Virus record (IMG/VR): IMGVR_UViG_2974640449_000001
Location: 64,242 to 128,241 of that record
Strand: one strand, 5' to 3'
DNA: 64,000 bases
Origin: a virus
Lineage: Duplodnaviria; Heunggongvirae; Uroviricota; Caudoviricetes; Demerecviridae
Shown: piece after piece, positions 25,787-33,903 of the stretch
How the letters are laid out: every line of letters begins with the position of its first letter
Numbering within the stretch: position 1 is the stretch's first letter
Notes under the pieces: model-generated
Told to the model about the DNA's origin: nothing
Databases searched by the model: none
What the model saw: the letters and a program-made list of their open reading frames with translations, nothing else
Translations under genes and position numbers: made by a program

Positions 25787-26257
25787 ATGAATAAACTAAA
25801 ACTACTAACGTTAGCAGTACTAGCCTCAGTAGGTATGAGCGGAGCAGCTCTAGCAAATACAGTTAACGCTGACTTCTCTACAAGCCTACAAAGCTACTGT
25901 ACTATTGGTCAAACCTCCCCAGGTATTATGCACCTAGATGGTACAGCACTTACTACAGATACTCCTGCACAACTTGTTGTAAACAACAACGATGCCGGTG
26001 TTTACCAAGTAAGTATTAATGCTCCTGCTGACTTTACAAATAAACCAAATAGCTATGCAGGTACTACATCGTTTACCTCAGCATTTGGTCTACAAGGTCA
26101 AAACCCTACAGATAGCCCTGTTGCTAATGGTGCAACTCATGCGCTAGCTAACAGTGGTACTGATAATATGAGTGTATCTATCTTTGGTACCTCTACAACT
26201 GACTTTACAGCAGGTAACTACTCAGCGGTAGTTGTAGCATCATGCGTAGCTCAGTAA
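25787..26257 (+). CDS. Sec-secreted protein (fimbrial-subunit-like; Cys near both termini)
   Basis: Signal peptide MNKLKLLTLAVLASVGMSGAALA; 156 aa, T/S/N-rich. Confidence 0.5.
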   Translation: MNKLKLLTLAVLASVGMSGAALANTVNADFSTSLQSYCTIGQTSPGIMHLDGTALTTDTPAQLVVNNNDAGVYQVSINAPADFTNKPNSYAGTTSFTSAFGLQGQNPTDSPVANGATHALANSGTDNMSVSIFGTSTTDFTAGNYSAVVVASCVAQ

Positions 26258-26649
26258 TACTACTAAGCCTATTAATCTCAGGGTGGGCAAATGCGCTCAC
26301 CCTATCACCAATGTATAAAGATGACTTGGTGTATCAGGATTTATATATGGCTAAGTTCAAATTAGAGAATAATGGAGCAACTCTACAAGAATATGACGTA
26401 TCATTGCATAAAGAATCCCCAGAAGGCGAAATACTATATACTTCCGAGGATGTTCTTGGTGGAGATGGCTACAAGTCTTTAAGTGTTCCTATTTACGATA
26501 TAAAACCAGATAAGTTACAAAAGTATTATATATGTGTAACAGAAAAACCTAAGGAGAATCAGAAATGGGGTGTAGTTGGAAGAGCTTGTGCAAAAGTGCG
26601 GTTATATTGGCCACAATCACAGCTACGTCAGTTAGCGCAGCAGGATTAA
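26242..26649 (+). CDS. Sec-secreted protein
   Basis: Signal peptide MRSSVILLSLLISGWANA; 135 aa. Confidence 0.45.
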   Translation: MRSSVILLSLLISGWANALTLSPMYKDDLVYQDLYMAKFKLENNGATLQEYDVSLHKESPEGEILYTSEDVLGGDGYKSLSVPIYDIKPDKLQKYYICVTEKPKENQKWGVVGRACAKVRLYWPQSQLRQLAQQD

Positions 26650-26942
26650 TCCCTAGCCCAGAGCTACCTTACGGAAATGATTCTATACGTACTCCAGACG
26701 GTTTCCAATGCTCTAGTGCCATAGCTCCTTCTGCCTACATGGACGCTGGTGTGTATCAAGAAGACGACAATAGTAAGTATGGGGACCCAGATAGAGGAGT
26801 ATACGTACGAATAATGGTACCTTTATATAGCGGTACCAAAAGGCTTGATTGTAGCCAGCTTTACAAACAAGCATTAAGGGAGAGACAGCGTGAGCAAGCT
26901 CTCAACGATATTAAATACAACGTGTTTAAGTCTAATAATTAG
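26565..26942 (+). CDS. secreted protein (signal peptide, AXA site VSAAG)
   Basis: 125 aa; overlaps the upstream ORF by 85 nt in another frame, so the start is uncertain. Confidence 0.4.
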   Translation: MGCSWKSLCKSAVILATITATSVSAAGLIPSPELPYGNDSIRTPDGFQCSSAIAPSAYMDAGVYQEDDNSKYGDPDRGVYVRIMVPLYSGTKRLDCSQLYKQALRERQREQALNDIKYNVFKSNN

Positions 26943-27093
26943 TGGTTGCACATTCAACTTTACTATAGACACGGATTATGCATCACAAAGAGATCATGGT
27001 GGACCAATTGAAGAAGAAGTCACAACTCATAACAAAACTGAGACAGATCCTAATGTCGACGCGAACATAGAAGTTCCTGGGGCAGCCTTATGA
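26890..27093 (+). CDS. small lipoprotein (67 aa)
   Basis: Lipobox LIISGC after a hydrophobic leader. Comparable in size to the T5 Llp superinfection-exclusion lipoprotein, which is an inference. Confidence 0.45.
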   Translation: MSKLSTILNTTCLSLIISGCTFNFTIDTDYASQRDHGGPIEEEVTTHNKTETDPNVDANIEVPGAAL

Positions 27094-27299
27094 GATTATC
27101 ACCAGATGTGGAAAGAATCCTAGAGGCTATCAACACTATAAAAGGTGGAGCGAGTATTGTTCCCGAGGACATAGACTCTGCAGTAAGTCACGTACTATCA
27201 GGCTTACCTAAAAATGCTCGTATGGAGTGCATAGGTATGCGGCCTGAACAGAAGCGTGCATTTTTACTAGGGTATGCAGCATGTCTGCGCTTTCATTAA
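27090..27299 (+). CDS. hypothetical protein (69 aa)
   Basis: ORF, translationally coupled. Confidence 0.4.
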   Translation: MRLSPDVERILEAINTIKGGASIVPEDIDSAVSHVLSGLPKNARMECIGMRPEQKRAFLLGYAACLRFH

Positions 27300-27387
27300 T
27301 AGTGGCAGCTACCTGTACTAGTTTTATACTAGACTGGAGCATACCAAAATCATTAGCAATATTATTTATTACTATATTATTTATATA

Positions 27388-27416
27388 AGCCGAGGTCAAA
27401 AGCCTCGGCTTTTTAT
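27388..27416 (+). terminator. rho-independent terminator
   Basis: AGCCGAGG-tcaaaa-GCCTCGGCT followed by TTTTTATTT. Confidence 0.75.
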
Positions 27417-27474
27417 TTGTTACATGCATATAACACTTTTGCACACAAGTTCTTAACATCTCCACGAAATGTCT

Positions 27475-27502
27475 TGAAATTGAGACATTTATATTATATA
27501 CT
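27475..27502 (+). promoter_or_regulatory. sigma70-like promoter TTGAAA-16-TATACT upstream of the lysis genes
   Basis: cTTGAAAttgagacatttatatTATATACT, then RBS GGAGGTG. Confidence 0.4.
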
Positions 27503-27523
27503 AACAATTGGAGGTGTTTATCT

Positions 27524-28195
27524 ATGAACAAAATGAATCTTTTAGCCTCTCTATACGCTTTATTGCAGGACATAAAAGATCCAAAAACTCTGTTAATGAG
27601 AGTAATTTCTATTTTTATTCTCTTGGTTAGCTACCTAATAGTAACCAATCAGAGCACCTTCTTTGACTTTGCCAAAAACTTTTCTAGAACTACCGTTGTA
27701 GAGCAAGTGCAAGCTGAAAGAGTAGCGCAGTATCCTAGGGTTGCCAAGGAAAAAGCTTCAATGCTATATGTGCAAGCTAACTCGGATGCTGTGTTCATTG
27801 CGGAATACACACCTAAGTTTATAAATAACTACCAAGATATTATAGCTTGGGAAGGTAGAATAAACGTTGATCCGTCCAAACTAAGGAAGGCAGTTATTGA
27901 CAAGGCAAGTACGACCTATCAAAATCATTTGGTGGGTCGTAATGAATCAATACTGTTTGAAAATAAACTACCATTACGCGGGGCATTTGTAACTAATGGA
28001 CTAGAATATCAATCTCTAGGCATTAAATATATGTACACTTGCCCTATATTTAACCAGGCAAATAGCTACTCTGGTTACATTGGTATAGCTTGGGCGGAAA
28101 AACCTTTTGAAGATAAAAATGAAAAGGCTCTATTGGAAGCATATCTAGAAAGGGTATGTAATCCACAAGCAAGGGCACTTGGGAGATCAAAGTAA
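27524..28195 (+). CDS. putative holin (single N-terminal TM, T5 holin-like size)
   Basis: 223 aa, TM segment VISIFILLVSYLIVT, immediately upstream of and overlapping the endolysin gene. Confidence 0.5.
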   Translation: MNKMNLLASLYALLQDIKDPKTLLMRVISIFILLVSYLIVTNQSTFFDFAKNFSRTTVVEQVQAERVAQYPRVAKEKASMLYVQANSDAVFIAEYTPKFINNYQDIIAWEGRINVDPSKLRKAVIDKASTTYQNHLVGRNESILFENKLPLRGAFVTNGLEYQSLGIKYMYTCPIFNQANSYSGYIGIAWAEKPFEDKNEKALLEAYLERVCNPQARALGRSK

Positions 28196-28586
28196 TATGG
28201 GATGGTCATTACCTTTCGGAAAATTATGGACTGGGTTCAGTCGTAAAGAGTTCGCATGTAAATGCGGATGTGGGTATGATACTGTAGATGCGGAACTACT
28301 ACAAGTACTGAAGAGACTTAAAAAGCACTTTGGTAATAAGCTAGTGTTTATTGATAGTGGTTGTCGTTGTGTACAGCATAATAAAAAAGTGGGAGGAGCA
28401 GCTAAGTCTCAACACTTATTCGGTAGGGCAGCCGATGTACGTGTTTCTGGCGTATTCCCTGATATGGTAGCAGAGTATTTAATGGAAACTTATCCAGGTA
28501 AATACGGTATTGGACGCTACCGTTCATTCACTCACATTGATACAAGAAAAGTAGAAGCACGTTGGGACAACCGTGCTAAACTGTAA
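28179..28586 (+). CDS. endolysin, peptidase M15 family (L-alanyl-D-glutamate peptidase type)
   Basis: SGCRCVQHNKKVGG...SQHLFGRAADVRV...FTHID: H-x-D...H zinc-peptidase motif; 135 aa, like the T5 Lys protein. Confidence 0.75.
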   Translation: MGDQSNMGWSLPFGKLWTGFSRKEFACKCGCGYDTVDAELLQVLKRLKKHFGNKLVFIDSGCRCVQHNKKVGGAAKSQHLFGRAADVRVSGVFPDMVAEYLMETYPGKYGIGRYRSFTHIDTRKVEARWDNRAKL

Positions 28587-28590
28587 ATTT

Positions 28591-28617
28591 ATGGGAGCTT
28601 CGGCTCCCATTTTTATT
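28591..28617 (+). terminator. rho-independent terminator
   Basis: ATGGGAGC-ttcg-GCTCCCAT followed by TTTTTATTT. Confidence 0.75.
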
Positions 28618-28624
28618 TCTTGAA

Positions 28625-28653
28625 TTGTCAAACATAAAAAATTTTCATATAAT
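28625..28653 (+). promoter_or_regulatory. early promoter TTGTCA-17-TATAAT
   Basis: aaTTGTCAaacataaaaaattttcaTATAATatataaag. Confidence 0.55.
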
Positions 28654-28677
28654 ATATAAAGAAATTAAGGAGAGCTT

Positions 28678-29139
28678 ATGAAGATTGAAAAATTAGAACA
28701 CCTACTAGCAACAGCCGAACAGTGGGCAAAAGACCTACATGCTGGTCAAAAATACGCTTTCGACGACGATTACTTCGAGGCACACATCAAAGAAGTAGAG
28801 AAAACAGTAATTGAGCTTACTCGTAGCTCTTCGTTTACACGAACAGAACGCTATTTAGCACGTATTGTGGCTTTGTTGCACGATATTATTGAAGATACAG
28901 ATTGTACACTAGCAGATGTACAGCGTACTTTTGGGACTCGTATTGCTCAGTGTGTTCTCAACCTAACTAAAGTGTCGAAAGAGTCTTGGGAGGCTCAGTG
29001 GTCTCGCGCTACTCGTGACCCAATCTCTCTGGTAGTTAAGAAAGCGGCTATGATGGTAAACCTTCGCACCTCTCTAGCTAACAGCCGCATTAACTTAATT
29101 GAAAAATACACAACTGGGTTACGTTATTTATCTTTATAA
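28678..29139 (+). CDS. small HD-domain hydrolase, (p)ppGpp hydrolase (RelA/SpoT HD, Mesh1/SAH-like)
   Basis: WAKDLHAGQKY...HI and LARIVALLHDIIEDT...FG..IA match the SpoT HD signature AALLHDVIEDT; 153 aa. Confidence 0.6.
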   Translation: MKIEKLEHLLATAEQWAKDLHAGQKYAFDDDYFEAHIKEVEKTVIELTRSSSFTRTERYLARIVALLHDIIEDTDCTLADVQRTFGTRIAQCVLNLTKVSKESWEAQWSRATRDPISLVVKKAAMMVNLRTSLANSRINLIEKYTTGLRYLSL

Positions 29140-29168
29140 TTGCTAAACGCTGTTAAAAAGCGTATAAT
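29139..29168 (+). promoter_or_regulatory. early promoter TTGCTA-18-TATAAT with conserved leader
   Basis: aaTTGCTAaacgctgttaaaaagcgTATAATagttacataaagtt. Confidence 0.6.
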
Positions 29169-29195
29169 AGTTACATAAAGTTAGGAGATTGTCTT

Positions 29196-30236
29196 TTGAA
29201 TATTTTTGTATTAGACCTAGACCCCAAGATGGCTGCGCAGTATCACTGTGATAAGCATGTAATCTCTCAGATGAAAGAGGGAGTGCAGATGCTTACTACA
29301 GCTCTAATTTATTGGGGTAATAAAGTTCCGTTAAATAAATCTGGCGACCCATATAAGAAAGCTCACGAAAATCATCCCTGTACGGTATGGGCTAGACAAG
29401 GTTTGTCCAACTATCAGTGGTTATGGGACTTAGTATATGCGCTTGTTGAAGAAGCAGAGTATCGTTTTGGTAATACTTACCATATTGCAAGTATTATGCG
29501 TGATGGATCATTACCTCGTACTCCAGAGTTCCATCCAGTACCCGACTTACGTACACCTTTTGCTAATGCTACAGCAGATTGGCTTAAATCTGCTGATACT
29601 TGGGATGATAAGTCCACCTTTGCTACGTTAACAGCTATTGACATTTATCGTCTCTACTACATTGTAGATAAGATGCACATGACAGCAGTTGAGATGGGTG
29701 AGCAAAACATCCATTGGCAGTCTAAGCACACGCTAGGCGAAGAATTTACAGATTACTCTATTTGGACTAAACGTGGAGCACCGGAATTTATGGGCGACAG
29801 ATTTTACCGACAACAATGCGATTACTTTGGTATTAAAGCTACCGACCTTATCTTAATGGGTCGTTTCCCAGATTCCGAAGAATCTAAGAAGCTAAAAGCT
29901 AAGATGTATCGTAAACTTGGTAAAAAGTCCACTGGTACGGTTGCGTCTGCTAAAGCTAAGAAAACTACTAAAGCGGATGTTCTAGTAGATATTCGTGAGC
30001 TTATGGGTCATGAAGGTATGGACTGTTTACTTAAACTAACCTTACCAGACTTACAAAAAGTTAAGCTAGCTCTAATAGCTATGCACGAAAATCAGGTAGA
30101 GTACCCTGATATGCCAACAGGCAGAGTCAAAGCCCCATACGCGGCAGCAGTTAAGCAATTATTTAATTGTGATGCCGACTTTAATAAACTAACCTTAGCG
30201 GGACTTAAAGAATTACTTGAGCACTTCGGTGCTTAA
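29196..30236 (+). CDS. conserved hypothetical protein (N-terminus MNIFVLDLDPKMAAQYHCDKHV resembles the TIGR02328-like phage family)
   Basis: 346-aa ORF with TTG start behind GGAGATTG. Confidence 0.45.
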   Translation: MNIFVLDLDPKMAAQYHCDKHVISQMKEGVQMLTTALIYWGNKVPLNKSGDPYKKAHENHPCTVWARQGLSNYQWLWDLVYALVEEAEYRFGNTYHIASIMRDGSLPRTPEFHPVPDLRTPFANATADWLKSADTWDDKSTFATLTAIDIYRLYYIVDKMHMTAVEMGEQNIHWQSKHTLGEEFTDYSIWTKRGAPEFMGDRFYRQQCDYFGIKATDLILMGRFPDSEESKKLKAKMYRKLGKKSTGTVASAKAKKTTKADVLVDIRELMGHEGMDCLLKLTLPDLQKVKLALIAMHENQVEYPDMPTGRVKAPYAAAVKQLFNCDADFNKLTLAGLKELLEHFGA

Positions 30237-30253
30237 TTAATTAAAACTTGACT

Positions 30254-30281
30254 TGCTTAACTGACTTAATTTTTATATAAT
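30254..30281 (+). promoter_or_regulatory. early promoter TTGCTT-16-TATAAT
   Basis: acTTGCTTaactgacttaatttttaTATAATatacgcatagtttgaaaggagatt. Confidence 0.55.
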
Positions 30282-30308
30282 ATACGCATAGTTTGAAAGG
30301 AGATTAGC

Positions 30309-30611
30309 ATGGCTAAAGAAGAATTTGAAAAAGCAGCAAATGATTACGACAAACCTGAGCTTGTATATGCAGTAGGTTTGATGCTAAATCTTCATGATAT
30401 GCCTCATGAAGTAAATAAGCTATCTAAGAAAGCCCTATGGCGTATTTTTGACGGTAGCAAAGAACGTGGCAATGCTTTTGCAAACCTAGAAGACGATAAG
30501 CGTCGTCTAGAACGTGAAGTACTAGAGCTTCGCACTCGCGCAGAAATTGCTGAAAAGAAAGTTAAGAAAATGGAGAGCAACCGTGGTAAACGTACCAAAG
30601 CACGTAAATAA
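30309..30611 (+). CDS. hypothetical charged coiled-coil protein (100 aa)
   Basis: RBS AAGGAGATTAGCATG. Confidence 0.45.
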   Translation: MAKEEFEKAANDYDKPELVYAVGLMLNLHDMPHEVNKLSKKALWRIFDGSKERGNAFANLEDDKRRLEREVLELRTRAEIAEKKVKKMESNRGKRTKARK

Positions 30612-30783
30612 TACTCTACCTCCAGTAGACTTGTTTATCTATGTTAAAGTTGGCGACGAGTTTATTCGTTGTAAACGTAAGACATGGGCTACCTCTCACC
30701 ATCCGAATCACTTTGAGGTGTTCGAAGAAGATGGTACACCACATTTAGTTAAAATGGAGAAATCACAATGGTTCTATCCGTAA
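30547..30783 (+). CDS. hypothetical protein (78 aa); start uncertain
   Basis: Overlaps the upstream ORF by 65 nt. Confidence 0.3.
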   Translation: MLKRKLRKWRATVVNVPKHVNNTLPPVDLFIYVKVGDEFIRCKRKTWATSHHPNHFEVFEEDGTPHLVKMEKSQWFYP

Positions 30784-30968
30784 AACAACAAGACCGCTTC
30801 TGGTTATTTACCTCATTCCTAGTAGTGTTTGCATACTGTTTAAATGCTGTAAACACAGGAGAAATCGGTGCAGCTTATCAAATGACCACATTTGCGTGGG
30901 GATTTTGGGACTTCTTCCGCTGTATTGGTGACTATGAGTATGACGTTAAGGGGATTTCGTGTCAGTAG
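30768..30968 (+). CDS. small membrane protein (66 aa)
   Basis: Hydrophobic core FWLFTSFLVVFAYCL. Confidence 0.35.
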   Translation: MVLSVKQQDRFWLFTSFLVVFAYCLNAVNTGEIGAAYQMTTFAWGFWDFFRCIGDYEYDVKGISCQ

Positions 30969-31330
30969 AATTAAAAGAATTTTTAGAAGAAAAAATTAAG
31001 CCAACGTATCACGCAGAAGATAAGTCATTTCCTGCACACATTCAGGAAGAATATCTGACTAAGGAAGGTTGGCTAGATAAACACTACATATGCAAAAGCC
31101 TAAAACTGCATATGTCAACTGCTACTTTTCGTAAAGTAGTTAAGCAAATTTTTGGTGAATCCCAATTCACAATACTTCCAACGGAAACCGAACTAACAAA
31201 AGAAGAGTTCCTAGAACATTATGAGTTCGAGAAATTCCCATTTGGTCGTGGCTGGGTTGGATACATGTACGGATTAACCGGTAAGGTAGCAAGACGTGAA
31301 GATATACTTGGGTGGATTTGCAGTAATTAG
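30959..31330 (+). CDS. hypothetical protein (123 aa)
   Basis: ORF. Confidence 0.45.
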   Translation: MSVELKEFLEEKIKPTYHAEDKSFPAHIQEEYLTKEGWLDKHYICKSLKLHMSTATFRKVVKQIFGESQFTILPTETELTKEEFLEHYEFEKFPFGRGWVGYMYGLTGKVARREDILGWICSN

Positions 31331-31547
31331 TTTTTGTGTGGCGAGCTTCTTCGCAGGAGCTTACGTACAGAAACTTCGTCTAGAAGCAGTAGAAAAACCA
31401 TTTCCGCTACGAGCGATTCAAGCTACATGTACTAAGACAAATGACTGTACTATATATTTGTACCAAAACATTCCAGAGGTACAATCAGTAGCTTCTGGTA
31501 AAGACCAAACGCCTAGAAAGGCGAAAACCGTAATAGTAAGGAATTAG
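31296..31547 (+). CDS. hypothetical membrane-anchored protein (83 aa)
   Basis: N-terminal hydrophobic segment. Confidence 0.35.
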   Translation: MKIYLGGFAVISFCVASFFAGAYVQKLRLEAVEKPFPLRAIQATCTKTNDCTIYLYQNIPEVQSVASGKDQTPRKAKTVIVRN

Positions 31548-31548
31548 T

Positions 31549-31872
31549 ATGAAAGTTGTAGTACCACAAGACCCTATTGATAGTTTAATGACACAACAGG
31601 ACTTTATCAAGAAAGTCGAAGAATGCGTTAATTCAGAGAATTTACGACTAATTGGTATTGCACTTTATAACATTACTAATATCAATGCCCAAGCAGGGGT
31701 ACATATATTGAATGCAATTTCAATGTTAAAGCCTATCGCTATTGCAGACCCAGCGTTAGCCCAAGCTATTTCTGGTGAGTTAAATAAAGCGACGGCTTGC
31801 TTAACTAATTTGACTAACCATTTTGAAATAGAAAAGGCAATGGGAGAGAAACTCCATGCAACAAAACATTAA
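31549..31872 (+). CDS. hypothetical protein (107 aa)
   Basis: ORF, coupled. Confidence 0.45.
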   Translation: MKVVVPQDPIDSLMTQQDFIKKVEECVNSENLRLIGIALYNITNINAQAGVHILNAISMLKPIAIADPALAQAISGELNKATACLTNLTNHFEIEKAMGEKLHATKH

Positions 31873-32077
31873 AGTACCAGAAATTAATAAGTTCCTAGAC
31901 GATACACACCCAGGTAACTTAGAAAGACTGAGAGCACGGTTGGCACAGGGAAAATGGCATTGGATGTTCCCAGATACTTGGGAAAATAATAAAACTAATA
32001 GAAACGTCCTATTTCATGCCATTAACGCTAAGCTGATGCCTAAGCCAACTTTTGGTTTCGGGAGTACCCGAAAATGA
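31856..32077 (+). CDS. hypothetical protein (73 aa)
   Basis: ORF. Confidence 0.4.
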   Translation: MQQNIKVPEINKFLDDTHPGNLERLRARLAQGKWHWMFPDTWENNKTNRNVLFHAINAKLMPKPTFGFGSTRK

Positions 32078-32238
32078 GTTGGATAGGTATTACGGCTATT
32101 GTAGGTGTTTTGGTAGTCTTTGCCTCACTAATAGCCGCATATTGTAGAGGGTATAAAGAAGGCTATCGGGATGGTGAAGTATCAGGGCATATATTAAGCT
32201 CACTGGACTCACTAGATCCAGAGGGGGAGATGAAATGA
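32074..32238 (+). CDS. small membrane protein (54 aa); not in ORF track
   Basis: MSWIGITAIVGVLVVFASLIAAY...; coupled ATGA. Confidence 0.3.
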   Translation: MSWIGITAIVGVLVVFASLIAAYCRGYKEGYRDGEVSGHILSSLDSLDPEGEMK

Positions 32239-32546
32239 AAGGCTCAATGAAGTTAAAGTTTGATTTGGGATGGGTGTTTTCCGTAATGCTTTGTATTAGC
32301 CTTGTCATTTTCGGCGCTGCTAGATTAAGTTTTGCAATGGAAGCACAGGAGCGGTTAGCCACATCTTGTCAACTGTTTGAAGAAAGCCTATATGACGCTC
32401 TAGATAAAGACCCTGGTGATAAACGTGGGTTAGTTACAAAACAGTGCTTAAATGAATATAAAAAGTCTACCTTAGCTATTGCTATGGACACAGACAAGTG
32501 GTCTTTTCAAGAAGTTTACGCTGATGCGCTAAGAACTTTAAAATAA
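32235..32546 (+). CDS. signal-anchored hypothetical protein (103 aa)
   Basis: N-terminal hydrophobic helix. Confidence 0.45.
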   Translation: MKGSMKLKFDLGWVFSVMLCISLVIFGAARLSFAMEAQERLATSCQLFEESLYDALDKDPGDKRGLVTKQCLNEYKKSTLAIAMDTDKWSFQEVYADALRTLK

Positions 32547-32548
32547 CA

Positions 32549-32578
32549 ATTGCTAAACAGCGTTAAATTCTCTATAAT
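32549..32578 (+). promoter_or_regulatory. early promoter TTGCTA-18-TATAAT
   Basis: aaTTGCTAaacagcgttaaattctcTATAATatacatataaattaaagagaagga. Confidence 0.55.
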
Positions 32579-32610
32579 ATACATATAAATTAAAGAGAAG
32601 GAAGATTAAA

Positions 32611-33831
32611 ATGTTAAATAAACGAATGGAGGGTAAGTTACTCTCCCAAGAGCTGGCGTTTGGGATAACGAAGAATGTCCCAAAAGCACGGGCTGTTATC
32701 GGCAGTATAAATATTGCTGAAATCTTTGAAAAGTCTCGTGGTATTATCAGTATCCCAAGCAACTTCAAAGATTATTTTTCTTGGGCTAATGGGAAGCCTT
32801 CTAAACACGGATTTAACTTTGAAGCTCGCTTCGACTTCTGGGCTGAATCTAAGAAAGGTATGGAAGGGGTAGCGTTTATTACTTGTGGTGGACGTTTAAT
32901 TTTCCCACTGTACCGTGACGATGATACTGTACGCGGTGTGGATTTAGACTCCGGTTGTATTACGGCACAAGATATTACTAACCTAATGCCTCTATTCCCT
33001 AGAGCAGTATTGGCAACTATGACTGGCAGTGAACGAGCAGCGTTCAATGACTTTCAAGACCATATCGCTAGTCTTTGTGACATGCGTACACGTTGGCTAG
33101 AAGGTAAAGAAAAACCAATTAGCGGAGGTCGTCTAGACCCCGACTATGAAGGCAGTATTACTCCTGCTGCGGCAGAGGCAATTGCAGAATTAGAGGAACC
33201 ATCATTGGCATCTTCATCTTGGAGCATGGTAGGTCGTCGTGGTATGGGGAATAGTCCTTTTACTGTCAAAAGAGACAAGCGACCAAACCCATGGGAACTA
33301 ACAAACACACCAGAAGGTAATGTATTCATTACCAAAGAAATGCTTGAAAAAGCAGCCTCAACAACTATTTCAAACGAAACTATTCTAAAAGGTAAAGAAG
33401 ATATGACTAAAGCAACTCAAGTAAAAGCAGGCATGATTAACGTAAACAAAGAAGCTCTAAAACAAGTAGGTTACTTGAACGCGGGTCGTGCTTCAAACAA
33501 ACTAATCAAAGAATCTATCCGCCCACTGTTGAACGCTATGTTCAAACCGACTTTCATGCAGAAAATCGCAATGAAGCTTTTCAAAATGGAAAACCCAGTG
33601 GATGTTGCACTAAAATCAGGTATGTCTGATTTGCTATGTGCTCAAATGGTTCAAGCGATTGTTGAAATCAAAGGTGTTGATAACCCATACGTTCGTGAAG
33701 TAACTCAAGCTGGTATCACCCAGGCAGGTTACGAGCTATCAAAAGCTATTCCTTTTGAAGAAGCTATCGACAAAGTGGTTGCTAACCTAGAAAAAGGTGC
33801 TGAAGGCATCGTGGCAAAAATCTCAAAATAA
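32611..33831 (+). CDS. hypothetical protein (406 aa)
   Basis: Strong RBS AGAGAAGGAAG; no recognisable motif. Confidence 0.55.
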   Translation: MLNKRMEGKLLSQELAFGITKNVPKARAVIGSINIAEIFEKSRGIISIPSNFKDYFSWANGKPSKHGFNFEARFDFWAESKKGMEGVAFITCGGRLIFPLYRDDDTVRGVDLDSGCITAQDITNLMPLFPRAVLATMTGSERAAFNDFQDHIASLCDMRTRWLEGKEKPISGGRLDPDYEGSITPAAAEAIAELEEPSLASSSWSMVGRRGMGNSPFTVKRDKRPNPWELTNTPEGNVFITKEMLEKAASTTISNETILKGKEDMTKATQVKAGMINVNKEALKQVGYLNAGRASNKLIKESIRPLLNAMFKPTFMQKIAMKLFKMENPVDVALKSGMSDLLCAQMVQAIVEIKGVDNPYVREVTQAGITQAGYELSKAIPFEEAIDKVVANLEKGAEGIVAKISK

Positions 33832-33834
33832 CAG

Positions 33835-33864
33835 TTGCTATAGCGGGTGAAAACCCGCTATAAT
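33835..33864 (+). promoter_or_regulatory. early promoter TTGCTA-18-TATAAT with a hairpin in the spacer
   Basis: gTTGCTAtagcgggtgaaaacccgcTATAATaatcacataaattga. Confidence 0.55.
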
Positions 33865-33903
33865 AATCACATAAATTGATAAAACAACCAAAGGAAATAC
33901 TTA

